From assembly GCA_964016885.1 (NCBI GenBank), contig OZ024740.1, forward strand, positions 308,574,001 through 308,638,000: DNA of 64,000 nucleotides, read 5' to 3'. A model generated the notes under the pieces. That model saw only the letters and a list, made by a program, of their open reading frames with translations, searched no databases and was not told where the DNA came from. The DNA comes from Eledone cirrhosa (Eukaryota). How positions within the stretch are numbered: the stretch's first letter is position 1; each line of letters begins with the position of its first letter. The position numbers and the translations under genes are program-made. Below are positions 25,843 to 38,200 of the stretch, in pieces.

Positions 25843-26284
25843 TCTTTGCTTTCCTCACTTAATCAAAACCACCACCATTATCAACTCTAATTCTCAATAT
25901 ATCAGGTGTGTATATGTGTGTGCATTTGATTATGTTAATAACATACTGTAAGAAAATAGCCTTCGCTTTCTTCTGCTTCATATCATTACTAATTCCCACA
26001 TTTATCAATAATCAAGTAAATTACCTACTCTTTCTTCTGCCTTATAATGTTATTACTTCCCCTTCCATCAACACACTAGTAAATGGCATTCTCTTTCTTT
26101 TGCCTCAAAATGTTACTATTTTCCCTTTCCCTCAACACACAAATAAATAGTGTTCTTTTTCTTTTGCCTCCCTTCAACATTATCTTCTCTCTCGTTTTCC
26201 TTACACTGTTACTATTACACCTCCCACCAAAGCTTTCTCTCTCTCTTTTTTAACTTTTTTCAATTTGTGTCATAGCATAAAAAT

Positions 26285-26765
26285 ATTATAGATAAAAATA
26301 TGAATGAAAACAGAAATCATACCAGTGTTCACAACACTACACACTAACCAAAAAATAGTTCTGCTAGGAACAGCCCACATCCTGCGCATTACATTATTGA
26401 TTCAATTGCACAGCTCAAATAGAACAATCTTCACACACAACACACACCCTATACAATAAGCTTCTAATGAAATAAAACAACATATACTCTACAAGATTAA
26501 TACCTAATAAAATAACACAACTCACCTTACACACACCATGCATAAGAGAATAAATGCTAAAATAACACAAAAAAACAGCAAGTTAAACCACATAACAAAA
26601 TATGACTGATGCAGTACACTAACAGGAGGAGTTTATACTCTCCCAACTCCCACAGAAATAAAAACACAAAGCTGCACACACCCTGGGAACCTTGGGGTGC
26701 TTCAGGTGTTGCAATAGAAACTCACACAAAAATACCAAAGAAATAACAACAATAATAATAATGAT
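26285..26765 (+). mobile_element. Old R4/Dong-like 3' remnant
   Basis: MKTEIIPV...QKIVLLGTAHILRITL resembles the C-terminus of the 27251 element (KVIPIV...QKACLLGTARTLR); ends in (AAC/AAT)n. Confidence 0.5.
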
Positions 26766-27251
26766 TTCTACTATAGGCACAAGGCCAGCAATTTGGGGAG
26801 AATGGAAAGTCGATTAAATTAACCCAGTGCATTACTGATATTTTATTTTATCGACCCCACAACGATGAAAGGCAAAGCTAACCTCAGTGGGATTTGAATA
26901 ATAAAAATAATAATGATTGTTTCTACTTTAGGCACAAGACCTGCAATTACCACAGTGCATTACTGGTGCTTTATTTTATCGACCCCGTAAGGATGAAAAG
27001 TAAAGCTAACCTCGGTGGGATTTGAACTCTATGCTGTAAAGCATGGTGTCTGACGCTCTACCAAATAATAATAATAATAATTGTTTCTACTTTAGGCACA
27101 AGGCCAGCAATTACCCAGTGCGTTACTGGTACTTTATTTCATCGACCCCGTAAGGATGAAAGGCAAAGTCAACCTCGGCGGGATTTGAACTCAGATCGTA
27201 AAGGGACGTAACTATGCTGGAAAGCATAACGTCCGACCCTCTACCGATACT
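26764..27251 (-). mobile_element. Three tandem SINE family A copies (26764-26898, 26917-27063, 27080-27251)
   Basis: Family A tails and cores separated by (AAT)n; all 5'-truncated or internally deleted. Confidence 0.85.
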
Positions 27252-27988
27252 CTTCAAAACGAAGTGGTTGAAACACCATATTTACAAGGAGGAGGCTAGC
27301 CTACTGTGCATGATCTGTGGAGAGAGAGAGAGGAGACTGTGGCTCACATTGTATCCGAGTGTAAACACCTAGCCCAGACTCACTATAGGGGCTGGAGACA
27401 TGATGTGATGGGCAGGGTGATCCACTGGCACCTATGCAAAGTAAACAATTTACCACATTCTGAGAAGTGGTATGAGCATAAGCCAGAGGCGGTGATAGAA
27501 AACGATCAGGTGAAGGTGCTGTGGGATTTTAGGATACAGACCGACAAGAAACTGGAACACAATAGACCTGACCTGGTGGTTTTGGACAAAGAAAAAAGAT
27601 TGTGCCTGATTGTGGATGTGGCCTGCCCATTCGACACGAGAGTGCAAGAGAAGGAGAGGGAGAAAATTAACCGAAACCAGGACTTAAAGTGGGAGGTAAA
27701 AAGGATTTGGAACTGCCATGAAGTCAAAGTGATCCCGATTGTCATAGGCGCACTAGGGACTATCTCAAAAAGTTTCCAGGGATGGTTAAAGAAAATTGGC
27801 CCCTTCACGCTTTTAGGAACGCTTCAAAAGGCATGCTTGCTGGGAACAGCAAGAACCCTCCGATACGTCCTGAATATCTGAGGCTGCAGGTAGTGGCTTG
27901 ATATTCATTTCAACAAACTTTCCAGTTAACTAACATCAATGACTGAGACTCAAAAAGTAATAACAACAATAATAATAATAATAATAAT
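27251..27988 (+). mobile_element. R4/Dong-clade non-LTR retrotransposon, 5'-truncated (CCHC knuckle, RLE endonuclease, 3' UTR, (TAA)n)
   Basis: CMICGERE/EETVAHIVSEC (frameshift in a GA run), RHD, LWDFRIQTDKKLEHNRPDLVVLDK...IVDVACP...K...K, IPIVIGALG, LQKACLLGTARTLR; stop at 27879-27881; (TAA)n at 27957-27988, the known Dong target. Confidence 0.9.
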
Positions 27989-27989
27989 C

Positions 27990-29250
27990 AGTTCTTTATT
28001 TATCATATTGGTGATGAATGGCGGACATTACAAAGACAGGTTTCAAAAGCAGTGCAGTTGGTAGTTTTGCATTGAATGAAAAGAAAATGTGTTGAAAAGA
28101 AAAGGTAAAAATACATAATGTATATAGGCAAAATAAGGCACTCCACAAATCCTTAAATGCTCTTCAACACTTGTGCAAGTGACTTCCCTCTGTTTGAAAA
28201 TTACAAACAAAATTAGAGATTGGAATCATTCAAACACACCAGGCTCACTACAATGACTAGTAATGTATCACTGCTAAATCAAGAACTTTGGGGAGTTTCT
28301 CCAAATCCATGAATATTCAGATTGTCCTCATTGATGTTCAGAGATTTATCCATGCCATTGTTACTCATACTATCAACAAACCTGTAGAATGCTAGTGGGG
28401 ATGTTCCACTGACCTCATTGCCAGGTGGGAGTGCAGTGAGCCCTTTGCAACATTCTAGATGCCACAATCTCAACCTTGGTCTGCACTTCACCCAAGACTG
28501 CAGCTTGGTGAAAGAGATGAGCTGTGGAAAGATATGTCACATAAATGGTGACGATACCTGTTGATCAGTATTATTATCCATGAAGCTCTGTAGATGTGTA
28601 AATCCTCAGTGTATACTAGCACATCATCAGCCATAGCAACCCAAGACTTCCTCTGGAGTGAGTATTGGCAGCCAGTAGATCTCCTGACCAGCAGAACCCA
28701 CCCCTTCCACAAGAAGCAAAAGAGCATGTGTTCCAAATTTTCAGCGACAGCTTTCTCTCAGTCCACTTTTGAGTGAAAAGAGTCTCCTTGCTTGTAACCT
28801 TGTCAGAGATTTCCTCCACTTCGAGCCCTGAACAGCTGCAGAGCTTGAGCACCTTAGCTTGAGTTTTGCTTAGTGACAAAAGCCACCATTTCACATGAAC
28901 TTGCCTTTCTAGGTGCCAAGTTGCAGACCTACTGACATATCTCAGTTAATGTATAACTCAATTACTGCATAGTATTCCTCCATTATGGTGCCAGCTACTT
29001 TGGTTTCAGATGTGTCCATCACCATCATGGTAAAGTCATCAGCATTAGATGATATGGCCCTTCTGTGTCTCAGTTTGAATAGGATGCCTCTCAACACTTT
29101 CAACTTTTGCAGCTGTGGCTCAAGCACCAAAACATTAGATGAAATAATAGAGAGACAGAAGAAATCCTGCCCTGGCTGAGCAGACAATGTTTGACCATAG
29201 ACACTGCATATTGTAACAACCCAGCCTCTGAAAGTAGAACTAAAACCAGC
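27990..29250 (-). mobile_element. Degenerate L1/Tx1-like LINE fragment (RT domain 5 to 3' end)
   Basis: Broken frames ISSNADDFTMMV (YADD-like), YIN*DMSVGLQLGT*KG, QKWTERKLSLK; AATAAA on the minus strand near 27997. Confidence 0.6.
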
Positions 29251-30197
29251 TGCTAGGTAACAATAGTTGACCCAAATCTCTATCTATTCCTAACCTGATC
29301 TACAATGCACCACATGAGGTGGAGGTTGTCATAGATACATATGTCAGGGATTGTACAAGTTTGTGCATCTTCAACTAATAATGCCACAGCTACAAAATAT
29401 ATTTACAGTGACCTTCACTCTAGAGTTGAACTTCTAAAATGGCATTAAAAAAAAGATAACTTCAAGCTATAATGTTTATTTGTCCTTGGATATTTCCTTT
29501 ACAACCCCCTCCTCTATCACTGTGTTTGGAAGAAACTGGTTCCTTCTTCCAGTTAATTCATCTTATGAAGCCAAGGAAATGTTTTCACTATTTGTGGAGC
29601 TTTAGATAAATTGTTCATGAGAAAAATAAAAAATTATATTTAACATTTTTTGTTTTGCTATTATTTCCTCTCTTCCCTTGGTATAATATCTCTATTTAAC
29701 GAGAATATTGATGATATGCCATTAACTCTTAACATCTTGTAATGATTTAGCCAAAATATCTAAAAACAGATTTGTTAAGTCAAGTGTGTTTGTAGTATCT
29801 TTACTAGTGGACAGATCATTGTGAAAATCTGCAGTAAACTAACGACTTTTAACATGATGCAATCATAGTGCTGTTTTGTACTTTTCAAGAAAGTTATGTG
29901 TGGTTTTGTGTGGTACAGAATGTTAAGGTTTCATTGCCTATAGCTTACAAGAAGTTGCTGTGTGCTGCACACACCTCTATAGTTCGGACTATATATTTTT
30001 ACTTTTGGTGTCTATACTGCTTTAAAGTCACAAATTTATTATTGACATCTGTAGTCACTACTGTAGTTTGATGTGTACATCACTGTATTGGTATGTTCAC
30101 TATAGATGTGAAATATATAAATCACTTCATTGGTGTGTTCACTACTGAAATGAGATATGTTTAAGATGTGTAAGTTGTGCTCACTACTGATGTGAGA

Positions 30198-30555
30198 TCA
30201 TCATCATCATCATCGTTTTAACATCCACTTTCCCTGTTAGCAAAGGTTAAACGGCTCTACATAGCCTAAGTCAGTACTGAAGTAGGGCTACTAACCTCCC
30301 AGACAGGCCTGGGATCTGCATCTCGCTTACTTATGGTCTCACATTCTACTGAGTGAACAAGGGAGGTTGTCAGGTCTTTGACACTGCTGAAGGATCCTCC
30401 TAACCCTTAGTTTGGCAAACTTTCTATGGCTGGATGCCCTTCTTATCACCAACCCCTTTACAATGTGTACTGGGTGCATTTATCATGTAGATCACTAACA
30501 CCAAGGAGGCCGTCATGTCTTTGATATGACTGAAAGGTCCTCCCAACCCACATCA
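30198..30555 (-). mobile_element. Family B / RTE 3'-UTR-type element with (GAT)n tail
   Basis: (CAT)n...TTTCCCTGTTAGC...CTACATAGCCTAAGTCAGTACTGAAG (also at about 8450 and 45840)...GGCTGGATGCCCTTC. Confidence 0.7.
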
Positions 30556-31346
30556 ACTCATTGTGTGTTTACTATTGTTGTTTGATGTATACATCAGTGT
30601 TGCTCTATATACCACACCTAGAATTTGCTGTCTACACTACATCATCATTTCTGTGTTTATATTTTTGTGAAAAAAAAACACACACAAAAAAAAAAAGACA
30701 ACTGTAATTTTACAAAATAGCGAACAATGACACACATCATCATTGTCATCATAAAATAGCCAACTGCATATTCCTTCAACATTGTATAGCTAAACACCAA
30801 CACAAGACATTATAGTGTGTTATGATGTTGTCCTCATTATATGACTCCCATGAATGCTAACAACGATGCTTACAGTTACGTCAACACAAGCATGGCTGAG
30901 TGATTAGGAAGTTGAAGTCCTGAGTTTGATTCCACTTTGTTTCATCTTGGAGAAGTGTCATTACCAGGTCAACAGAAATCTTGTGAGTGATATTGGGTAT
31001 ACAGAAACTGTGTGAAAGCCTATCAAATGGAATGTACTAGTAACTCATATATTGTCATATATTGTCACACTGATTTAAGTTGGGAATGATGTTAAGGGTA
31101 TGAATGTCTCTGGAATACTCTGTCATTTATACATTAGTTCAGTTGATTGAACACATGAAGGCTCCCCATCAAAATCAATGAAAGATCCATCATAATTATA
31201 CACTTGCTAAAGCTTGCTCAAGTCTTCATCAGTGTTTGCTGGATATCTTGTAACTTTGACATATTAACTACTACTACCAACACCACCACCACTACCATTA
31301 TTACTGCTGCTGCTACTACTACTACTATTACTACTACTACTACCTA

Positions 31347-31700
31347 CTCTCTGGTCTCAAATAATCCCCCCTCCCCCCTACTTATTAACTTTTCAAATTT
31401 TTCCACCCCAAACTCGTATTCCACCCATCCAACCTTTCCACTTATTAAATTTTGCTCATCTATCTCTGGCAAAATGTTATTTTAAGTGGTAGCATGCATT
31501 CTTGTGAGAATTAATTTTCTTTATACATTAAAAAAACTTTATACATGACAAAAAAAAGTACATTACTAGAAATGCTATACATTATAAAATAAATAGGATG
31601 GGTTGGGGTCTAAATTTGTAAACTAAACGACTAATTCTGGTTTTAAAAATAATCAACAGAGACGACCTAGAAAATTTATCCCCCAACCCCCAATTCCAAG
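31347..31700. mobile_element. TA-flanked MITE (family T1), right end lost at the CR1 junction
   Basis: TA|CTCTCTGGTCTCAAATAAT start; body collinear with 52141-52560 and 61545-61942. Confidence 0.75.
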
Positions 31701-31734
31701 CCCTACAATACAAACCTCCAAACAAACCTGCAAA

Positions 31735-32515
31735 CACAAATATAGTACGACACAACTACACAGGACCAGGAGGGACCGATATCCCCGTGTCAAAATCGAT
31801 ACGAGACCTGGGCATAGACATGAGCGATGATGCATCTTTTTCTTCACATCATGAAAGTGGTGACAATGTGCAGACGACTCGTTGGCTGGATCTTGAGGAC
31901 TTTCCGGACAAGAGATTGAGACACCATGTTGACACTATGGACTACTGCTCCCAGTTGTGGTCACCCCATAGTGTCAAACTAACCATGTAGCGAAGCTACA
32001 CCATGAGATTGCCACGATGAAGGAGACAAGCTACTCGGAGAGGCTAAAGGAACTGAACCTCTACTCCTTGGAACGAAGACGGGAGAGATACGCAGTGATC
32101 TACGTGTGGAAAATCCTGGAGGGACTAGCACCAAACTTTGGCATTGGGAGCTGGACCAACCGTCGAACAGGACGTCACTGTGTGGTGCCAAAGGTCCCGT
32201 CTTCCACGTCTAGAATAAGGAGCAGGTATTGCAATAACCTGGGATTCAAGGGCCCTCAACTCTTCAACAGGCTGCCGAGGGATCTGAGAGATTTGCATGA
32301 CGTGGAGGTGGATGTCTTCAAGAAACATCTCAACACCTTGTTATCCAGGATCCCGGATGCGCCCACAGCAAGGCACGAGGGAAACCTAAGGGCAGCAGCA
32401 ACAAACTCCCTCTTACACCAGTGGCCAACCTATACAGGCTGGAGATAAAATGTGTAGCAACAAGGGTGGTGCCCCAGCATGGCCTCAGCCGGATGGCTGA
32501 AACAGGTAAAAGAGT
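31735..32515 (+). mobile_element. CR1-group LINE, 5'-truncated ORF2 C-terminus and 3' UTR
   Basis: IRDLGIDMSDD, DYCSQLWSP, SYSERLKELNLYSLERRRERYAVIYVWKIL, GPQLFNRLP...FKKHLN; 3' end GGTGCCCCAGCATGGCC...CTGAAAC. Confidence 0.85.
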
Positions 32516-32527
32516 ATATATATATAT

Positions 32528-32690
32528 ATCATCATCATCATTTTTACGTCTGCTTTTCCCTGCTTGGAAGGGTGGGACGGGAACTGATTCTGGTTTGATT
32601 TCTACAGCTGGATGCCCTTCCGAACACCAACCTCATTTACAGTGAGTGCTGGGTGCTTTTTTTCCGTGGCGCCTACACGACCACTTTGCA
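32528..32690 (-). mobile_element. Family B element
   Basis: (CAT)n...TTCTACAGCTGGATGCCCTTCC...TTACAGTGAGTGCTGGGTGC. Confidence 0.75.
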
Positions 32691-32719
32691 GGGGAATGAT
32701 AGGGACCCCAGTCCTATCA

Positions 32720-32964
<245 letters not shown>

Positions 32965-33220
32965 CAAAATTATTTAAAACACCACTATCCAGATGAGTGA
33001 TGTTTTAAATAATTTTGTAAATTTCTATATACACTATGCAAATTGTAAAATTGAACCTATAGTAAACTACCACAGAATCTACCAATTGGAATTATTCGTA
33101 CATTGAGTAAAGTACTACCATAAGCGGTCTTTCATTCTTGTTGAACAATTAAATTAATTGATTACACTAACGGAAATTGAATTATACTATAATTCTATAT
33201 ATATATATATATATATATAT

Positions 33221-34112
33221 AGTAGAATAATCGAGTATCGAAAAATCGGCGCACGAGTTCACGATAAACAAAATTCGAGATGAGCGGCAGAGGGCTCTAT
33301 AATTCAAATAAATCAGAGCTATAACTATCGTTAAAATACCGTCACACGTAGAATATGTCTACAATCAACCAAATAACCGAAAAATTTCGATATGGAAGAT
33401 TCGGGACACTCAGATAAATTATCAATAAATCAATAAATGAAATGAATGTAAAAAGCATACCCGGACCCACTAGAGAGATGGTATATCTAGCTTCTTGGGT
33501 TTCTGTAAATCCTTAAACCGTCCTCTATCAGCTCACATAAAAATATAAGACTTACAGACAACGGGGGACTGGAGTTACTTCTTCAACAAGCTTTGTCCGA
33601 ACGGATGAAAAGACAAAACCCAGGCTAAAAATACGCACATGGATTTCAGCAAGGGAGATAACCTTTATATCCGCAAAAAATATTCGGAAAAATGTGGAAT
33701 AACACATATCGAATAAGAGTGCTCAATAGACATGTTAAAATAAACAGGAGCTATTCATCATTTAATAGAATCGACAAAAAATGAACAATAAAATTAACTG
33801 GTCAATAGCTAGGTCTAGAGCTAAATATAGTAGAATAATCGAGTATCGAAAAATCGGCACACGAGTTCACGATAAACAAAATTCGAGATGAGCGGCAGAG
33901 GGCTCTATAATTCAAATAAATCAGAGCTATAACTATCGTTAAAATACCGTCACACGTAGAATATGTCTACAATCAACCAAATAACCGAAAAATTTCGATT
34001 TGGAAGATTCGGGACACTCAGATAAATTATCAATAAATCAATAAATGAAATGAATGTAAAAAGCATACCCGGACCCACTAGAGAGATGGTATATCTAGCT
34101 TCTTGGGTTTCT
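33221..34112. repeat. CpG-rich segment with a 608-bp period (284-bp direct repeats at 33221-33504 and 33829-34112)
   Basis: AGTAGAATAATCGAGTATCG...CTTGGGTTTCT occurs twice with only two substitutions seen; abuts (TA)n on the left and a SINE on the right. Confidence 0.9.
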
Positions 34113-34298
34113 TGTTTCTACTTTTTGGCACAAGACCAGCAAATTATCCAGTGCATTACTGGTACTTTATTTTATCGACCCCGTAAGGATGAAAGGCAAA
34201 ATCAACCTCAGCGGGATTTGAACTCAGATCGTTAAGGGACATAACTATGCTGGAAAGCATGGCGTCCGACTCTCTACCGATACTGCCAATCCACCGCA
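34113..34298 (-). mobile_element. SINE family A, full length
   Basis: Near-consensus head, core and tail. Confidence 0.9.
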
Positions 34299-36232
34299 TA
34301 ATCTCAGATGTTTACAGTTGATTGTTGATACAATATTACCTATTGATATAGTTGTCAGTCAGTTCTGTATCACACTGTATGTGTTATTGTTCTGTTGTAT
34401 GTCACACTGCTGGAAGTTATAACTGCATCAGATGCTAACTATATATCATGCTGCCAAGATAGAGTCACCAAAATATATCTCACTCACTCACTGCAAAAGC
34501 TGTTAATTACTTGTGCAAGTGAAATAGTTAACAATGATATAGGTCATCACAGGAACTTACCTTAAACAAATGCATTGTACATATGTTTCAATTAATTTTT
34601 TAAATAATCAAGAATTTGTAAAGGTTCAGACAATCTCATTATTAAGCTATTGTTTGGAACGTAACATAATAGAAGATTATGTAAAATTTTGAAAGATTTT
34701 GTAAAATTTAAATAAGATTCTCTAGAACTGACAGTTTTGTAAGATAAAGGTAGAAGTCTATATGGATGGTTTGGTGTTAAAAGGTGCAACAACCATCTCA
34801 GTCTACTGACTGTATATGTCAATGGAAACATTATCATCTTTGTTAGCTCTATACTACTACCATCTCTTCATAAATGTAAGAAGGATGTAGGAAACATAAA
34901 CTGAAGGGGAAAATACATATTTATTTTTAAAGGTAATTGCTGCAGATACAATTTCTTGGTATGACTAAATGAAGAGGTCATGGAAAGGACCCAACTAAGT
35001 AATCTATGTGATACTATCACTGTATGGTGGCAGATGCTTAAACATGTGCTATACATGTCCATGAAGAGACCAGTGAGGACCTTGCTTGATTAAAAACCAG
35101 AAGAAAAGCATAGAAAACAAGGCAGACGTGTTATAACTTGGTTGAGATCTGTTGAAGAATACCTTATAGACATGGGCTTGTCTTGAGAGCAGCCTCATAA
35201 CAGGGCTTGTGACTGCAGAATAGAAATCTTTCACTACCCAATGTTGGGTACAAGAGTAACTAAAGAAGAAGATAATTGCTATTTGTATTGATGGAAAAAT
35301 TCTTAACCTGCAAATGTCATCTTTTCTATGTTTATATCTTTGTATAAAAACAACTATTTTAAATAGTTCATTATCTATCTGTTATAAAGTATCATGAATA
35401 TGTACCTGGACCTGATCTGAACTCTAAAACCTTTATTTCATATAAAGTTCTAGTGCTATTATCTACTCTGTTGCAGAAAAGTAGCATTATGTTTTTCTCT
35501 AAATATAAAAAACCTTGAAAACCTTTAAAAAAAAAAATGAAGAAGAAAATACGAACTTAAAAGAGGGATATATTGGTGTGAAATTAGGTCAATAAAAAAG
35601 TCAATTCTTCCTCTATATCACTATCCTTCCCTGGAAGAATTTAGACTTGGAGAGGAATTGGGCTCTGCCAGGTTTTAAAATGCCCTAGAAATGCCATATG
35701 TCAATATGCCATCCCTATAACTCAGGAGTTATGAGTCCATACATACAACTAGAATTAGGAGTGAATGTTACAGATAAAACCTATTATCCATTTTTCTTTA
35801 TTCTCTGCTGAGAGCCCACTTGTAAAAATTAGTAGATAGCACTTGTCATAGTATACCTATGTACACCATCCTACACCAGATCACCAAATACAATAGTATA
35901 TATAGAGTAATGTAAATGCTAAAGGGTTAAGCAGTGGCTAACCAGGCAGGTCACATGACAGGCACCACATTTATCATGGGGTCCTTTCTGAAATAATATT
36001 TTACAGTCAGATGCCCTTCTCAGCACCAACATTTTTGGTCATCTCTTACAACATACAGGGAACAGATGTACCTATTATAAACTGAGTATACACAGCACAA
36101 TGTGTATGTGTATTTAGTTGTTGTTTTTGATTGCACTTTTAATTTGCAATGTAGTCATTGATATGGTATGAACCTGATCCGTTGTATGGAGTTATCTTAT
36201 GTACATAATACAGTTGAAATTTCAAACTTCAA

Positions 36233-36322
36233 ACTCCTGAAGATATGTAGGGTGATGGACAAATACCTCATATGTATCGTGGTACAGCTCACCGTTCTAT
36301 ATTGAAACATATGTAGAATAAA
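36233..36322 (+). ncRNA. Candidate minimal type-I hammerhead ribozyme (Penelope-associated type), partly decayed
   Basis: CUGAAGA at 36237-36243; stem II ATGTAG-GGTGA/TCACC-CTATAT; GAAAC at 36304-36308; palindromic ACAUAUGU stem III; GUA at 36313-36315; weak stem I ACUC/GAAU; AATAAA at 36317-36322. Confidence 0.45.
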
Positions 36323-36635
36323 GATATGTTTTAAGTGTAACTTGGTTCTTCTCTCTATTAATAAGTTTTGAGCTCTGCAGCCTGTAGTCTACAACAGAAT
36401 TTCCAACAGCTGGGAAAATCCTCAGCCAATTTCAAATTATTGCTGTATCAAGGAAACTGGAGAGCTTCGAGCTTCTTTCATCTTTACCAGGATCTATATT
36501 GGAAAAACCCAATATTACCATAAATAAATAAATATATATATGCATACATATACATATATACATATACATACATATACACACATACATATATATATACACA
36601 CACACGCACACACACATATATATATACATATGTAT

Positions 36636-36710
<75 letters not shown>

Positions 36711-36858
36711 CGTGGGTGTGGGATTTTACATATATCTATGCCCACTCTACATCTCCCCATGCATTGTGTATTCCCATGATTAGTGGTCTCCAGGGTCTCA
36801 GCACTGCAGACTCTATACAGTTCTAGTCCTGTAGAAGCCATTTCTATATTAAACTTTA

Positions 36859-36915
<57 letters not shown>

Positions 36916-36917
<2 letters not shown>

Positions 36918-37942
36918 TCATCATCATCATCATCACCGTTTTAAGTCTGTTCTTCCACGCTAGCATGGGTTAGACGGGTTGTCCTGTTGTGGGCAGTGTC
37001 TGGTCGGCTGACCATGCCTTGCTCATACAGGAACTGATCTGGCTTGATTTCTACAGCTGGATGCCCTTCCTAACACCAACCTCATTTACAGTGAGTGCTG
37101 GGTGCTTTTTCGTGGCGCCTACACATCCACTTTACAGTGTGGGCTGGGTGCTTTTTTGCCGTGGCACCTCCATGACCACCTTGTGGTTGGGGGTGTGGGG
37201 GCATATTGTCTATATGCTTCAGCTTCTACCCATGGGAGGTCGGGTACACTGTATTACTGCGTGACGCCAGAGGTCACGGTCGTGTGTCATCGCCTTTGAG
37301 AGGTGTAATTGGGTAAGGTCGGCTTTTATCACCTCATCCCAGGTCTTCTTGGGTCTCCCCACTCCGCAGTTTCCATCAACTTCTAGTGCTCTGCACCTTT
37401 TTATGCAGCTGTCATCCTTCATACGCATCACATGTCCATACCAGCGCAACCGCCTCTCCTGCACACAGCATTTGATTCCTCTTATGCTCAGTCTCTCTCT
37501 CAATTCATTTATGCTTTGTCGTTCGCGTATATTACTGTTACACATCCATCGGAGCATGCAGGCTTCGTTTCTCTCTAATCTACATAAGTCTTCCACCTTC
37601 AGCGCCCAGGTCTCACTACCATGCAACATTGCTGTTCGGATACATGCATCATACAGTCTGCCTTTCATTTTGAGGGAGAAGCCTTTTGCAGCTAGCAGTG
37701 GTAGTAGTTCCCTAAACTTCTTCCATCCCGTTCTTACCTTAGTTATTGTACTTTCTGAACACCCACCTCCGCTGCTAATTCGGTCACCTAGGTAGCAGAA
37801 GCTGTCTACTGTTTCTACAGAGCCCTCCCAGAGATTGGTGGTACTTGTTTCCTGTGGCTGTTTGCTGCTTGCTGTCCCAGCACAGCTGCTGCATGTGAAG
37901 CCTACATTCTTAATTAAGCTTCCTGAGATCCCGCTACATCTC

Positions 37943-37947
<5 letters not shown>
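36916..37947 (-). mobile_element. RTE-clade LINE (family R1), 5'-truncated, with intact ORF C-terminus, 3' UTR and (GAT)n tail
   Basis: Open frame 37219-37947: FCYLGD, WKKFRELLPLL, KGRLYDACIRTAMLHGSETW, QERRLRWYGHVMRM, GRPKKTW; embedded between (TA)n tracts. Confidence 0.92.
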
Positions 37948-37980
<33 letters not shown>

Positions 37981-38029
37981 CAAAATATTAATAAATGAAA
38001 AATATTCTCATAATCAAAATATATATTTT

Positions 38030-38082
38030 ATTATACATATTTCAAAGGTACAATGGTGTTTAAGTACGTTTTCATCAGACTA
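38030..38082 (-). ncRNA. Second hammerhead-like motif, degenerate, in a 170-bp (TA)n-flanked insert
   Basis: Minus strand CUGAUGA-AAACGUAC..GUACCUUU-GAAA-UAU-GUA-UAAUAAAA; stem I does not pair. Confidence 0.3.
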
Positions 38083-38146
38083 AATATAAGATTTGATATG
38101 CGACATACCGCTACGATTTTGATTATTCAATTCCAATAGTGGCAGG

Positions 38147-38200
<54 letters not shown>

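Noticed and set aside
27306-27881. 191-aa ORF as a host gene
   Set aside because: It is the endonuclease end of an R4/Dong retrotransposon; the start is a frameshift artefact.
33221-34112. Classical LTR retrotransposon or TRIM call for the 284-bp direct repeats
   Set aside because: No TG...CA termini, PBS, PPT or TSD visible; kept as unclassified.
34575-34635. GAAACATATGTA on the minus strand, the same word as the 36304 motif
   Set aside because: No CUGANGA core at a compatible position; likely chance in AT-rich DNA.
37349-37795. 148-aa plus-strand ORF
   Set aside because: Antisense shadow of the RTE ORF.
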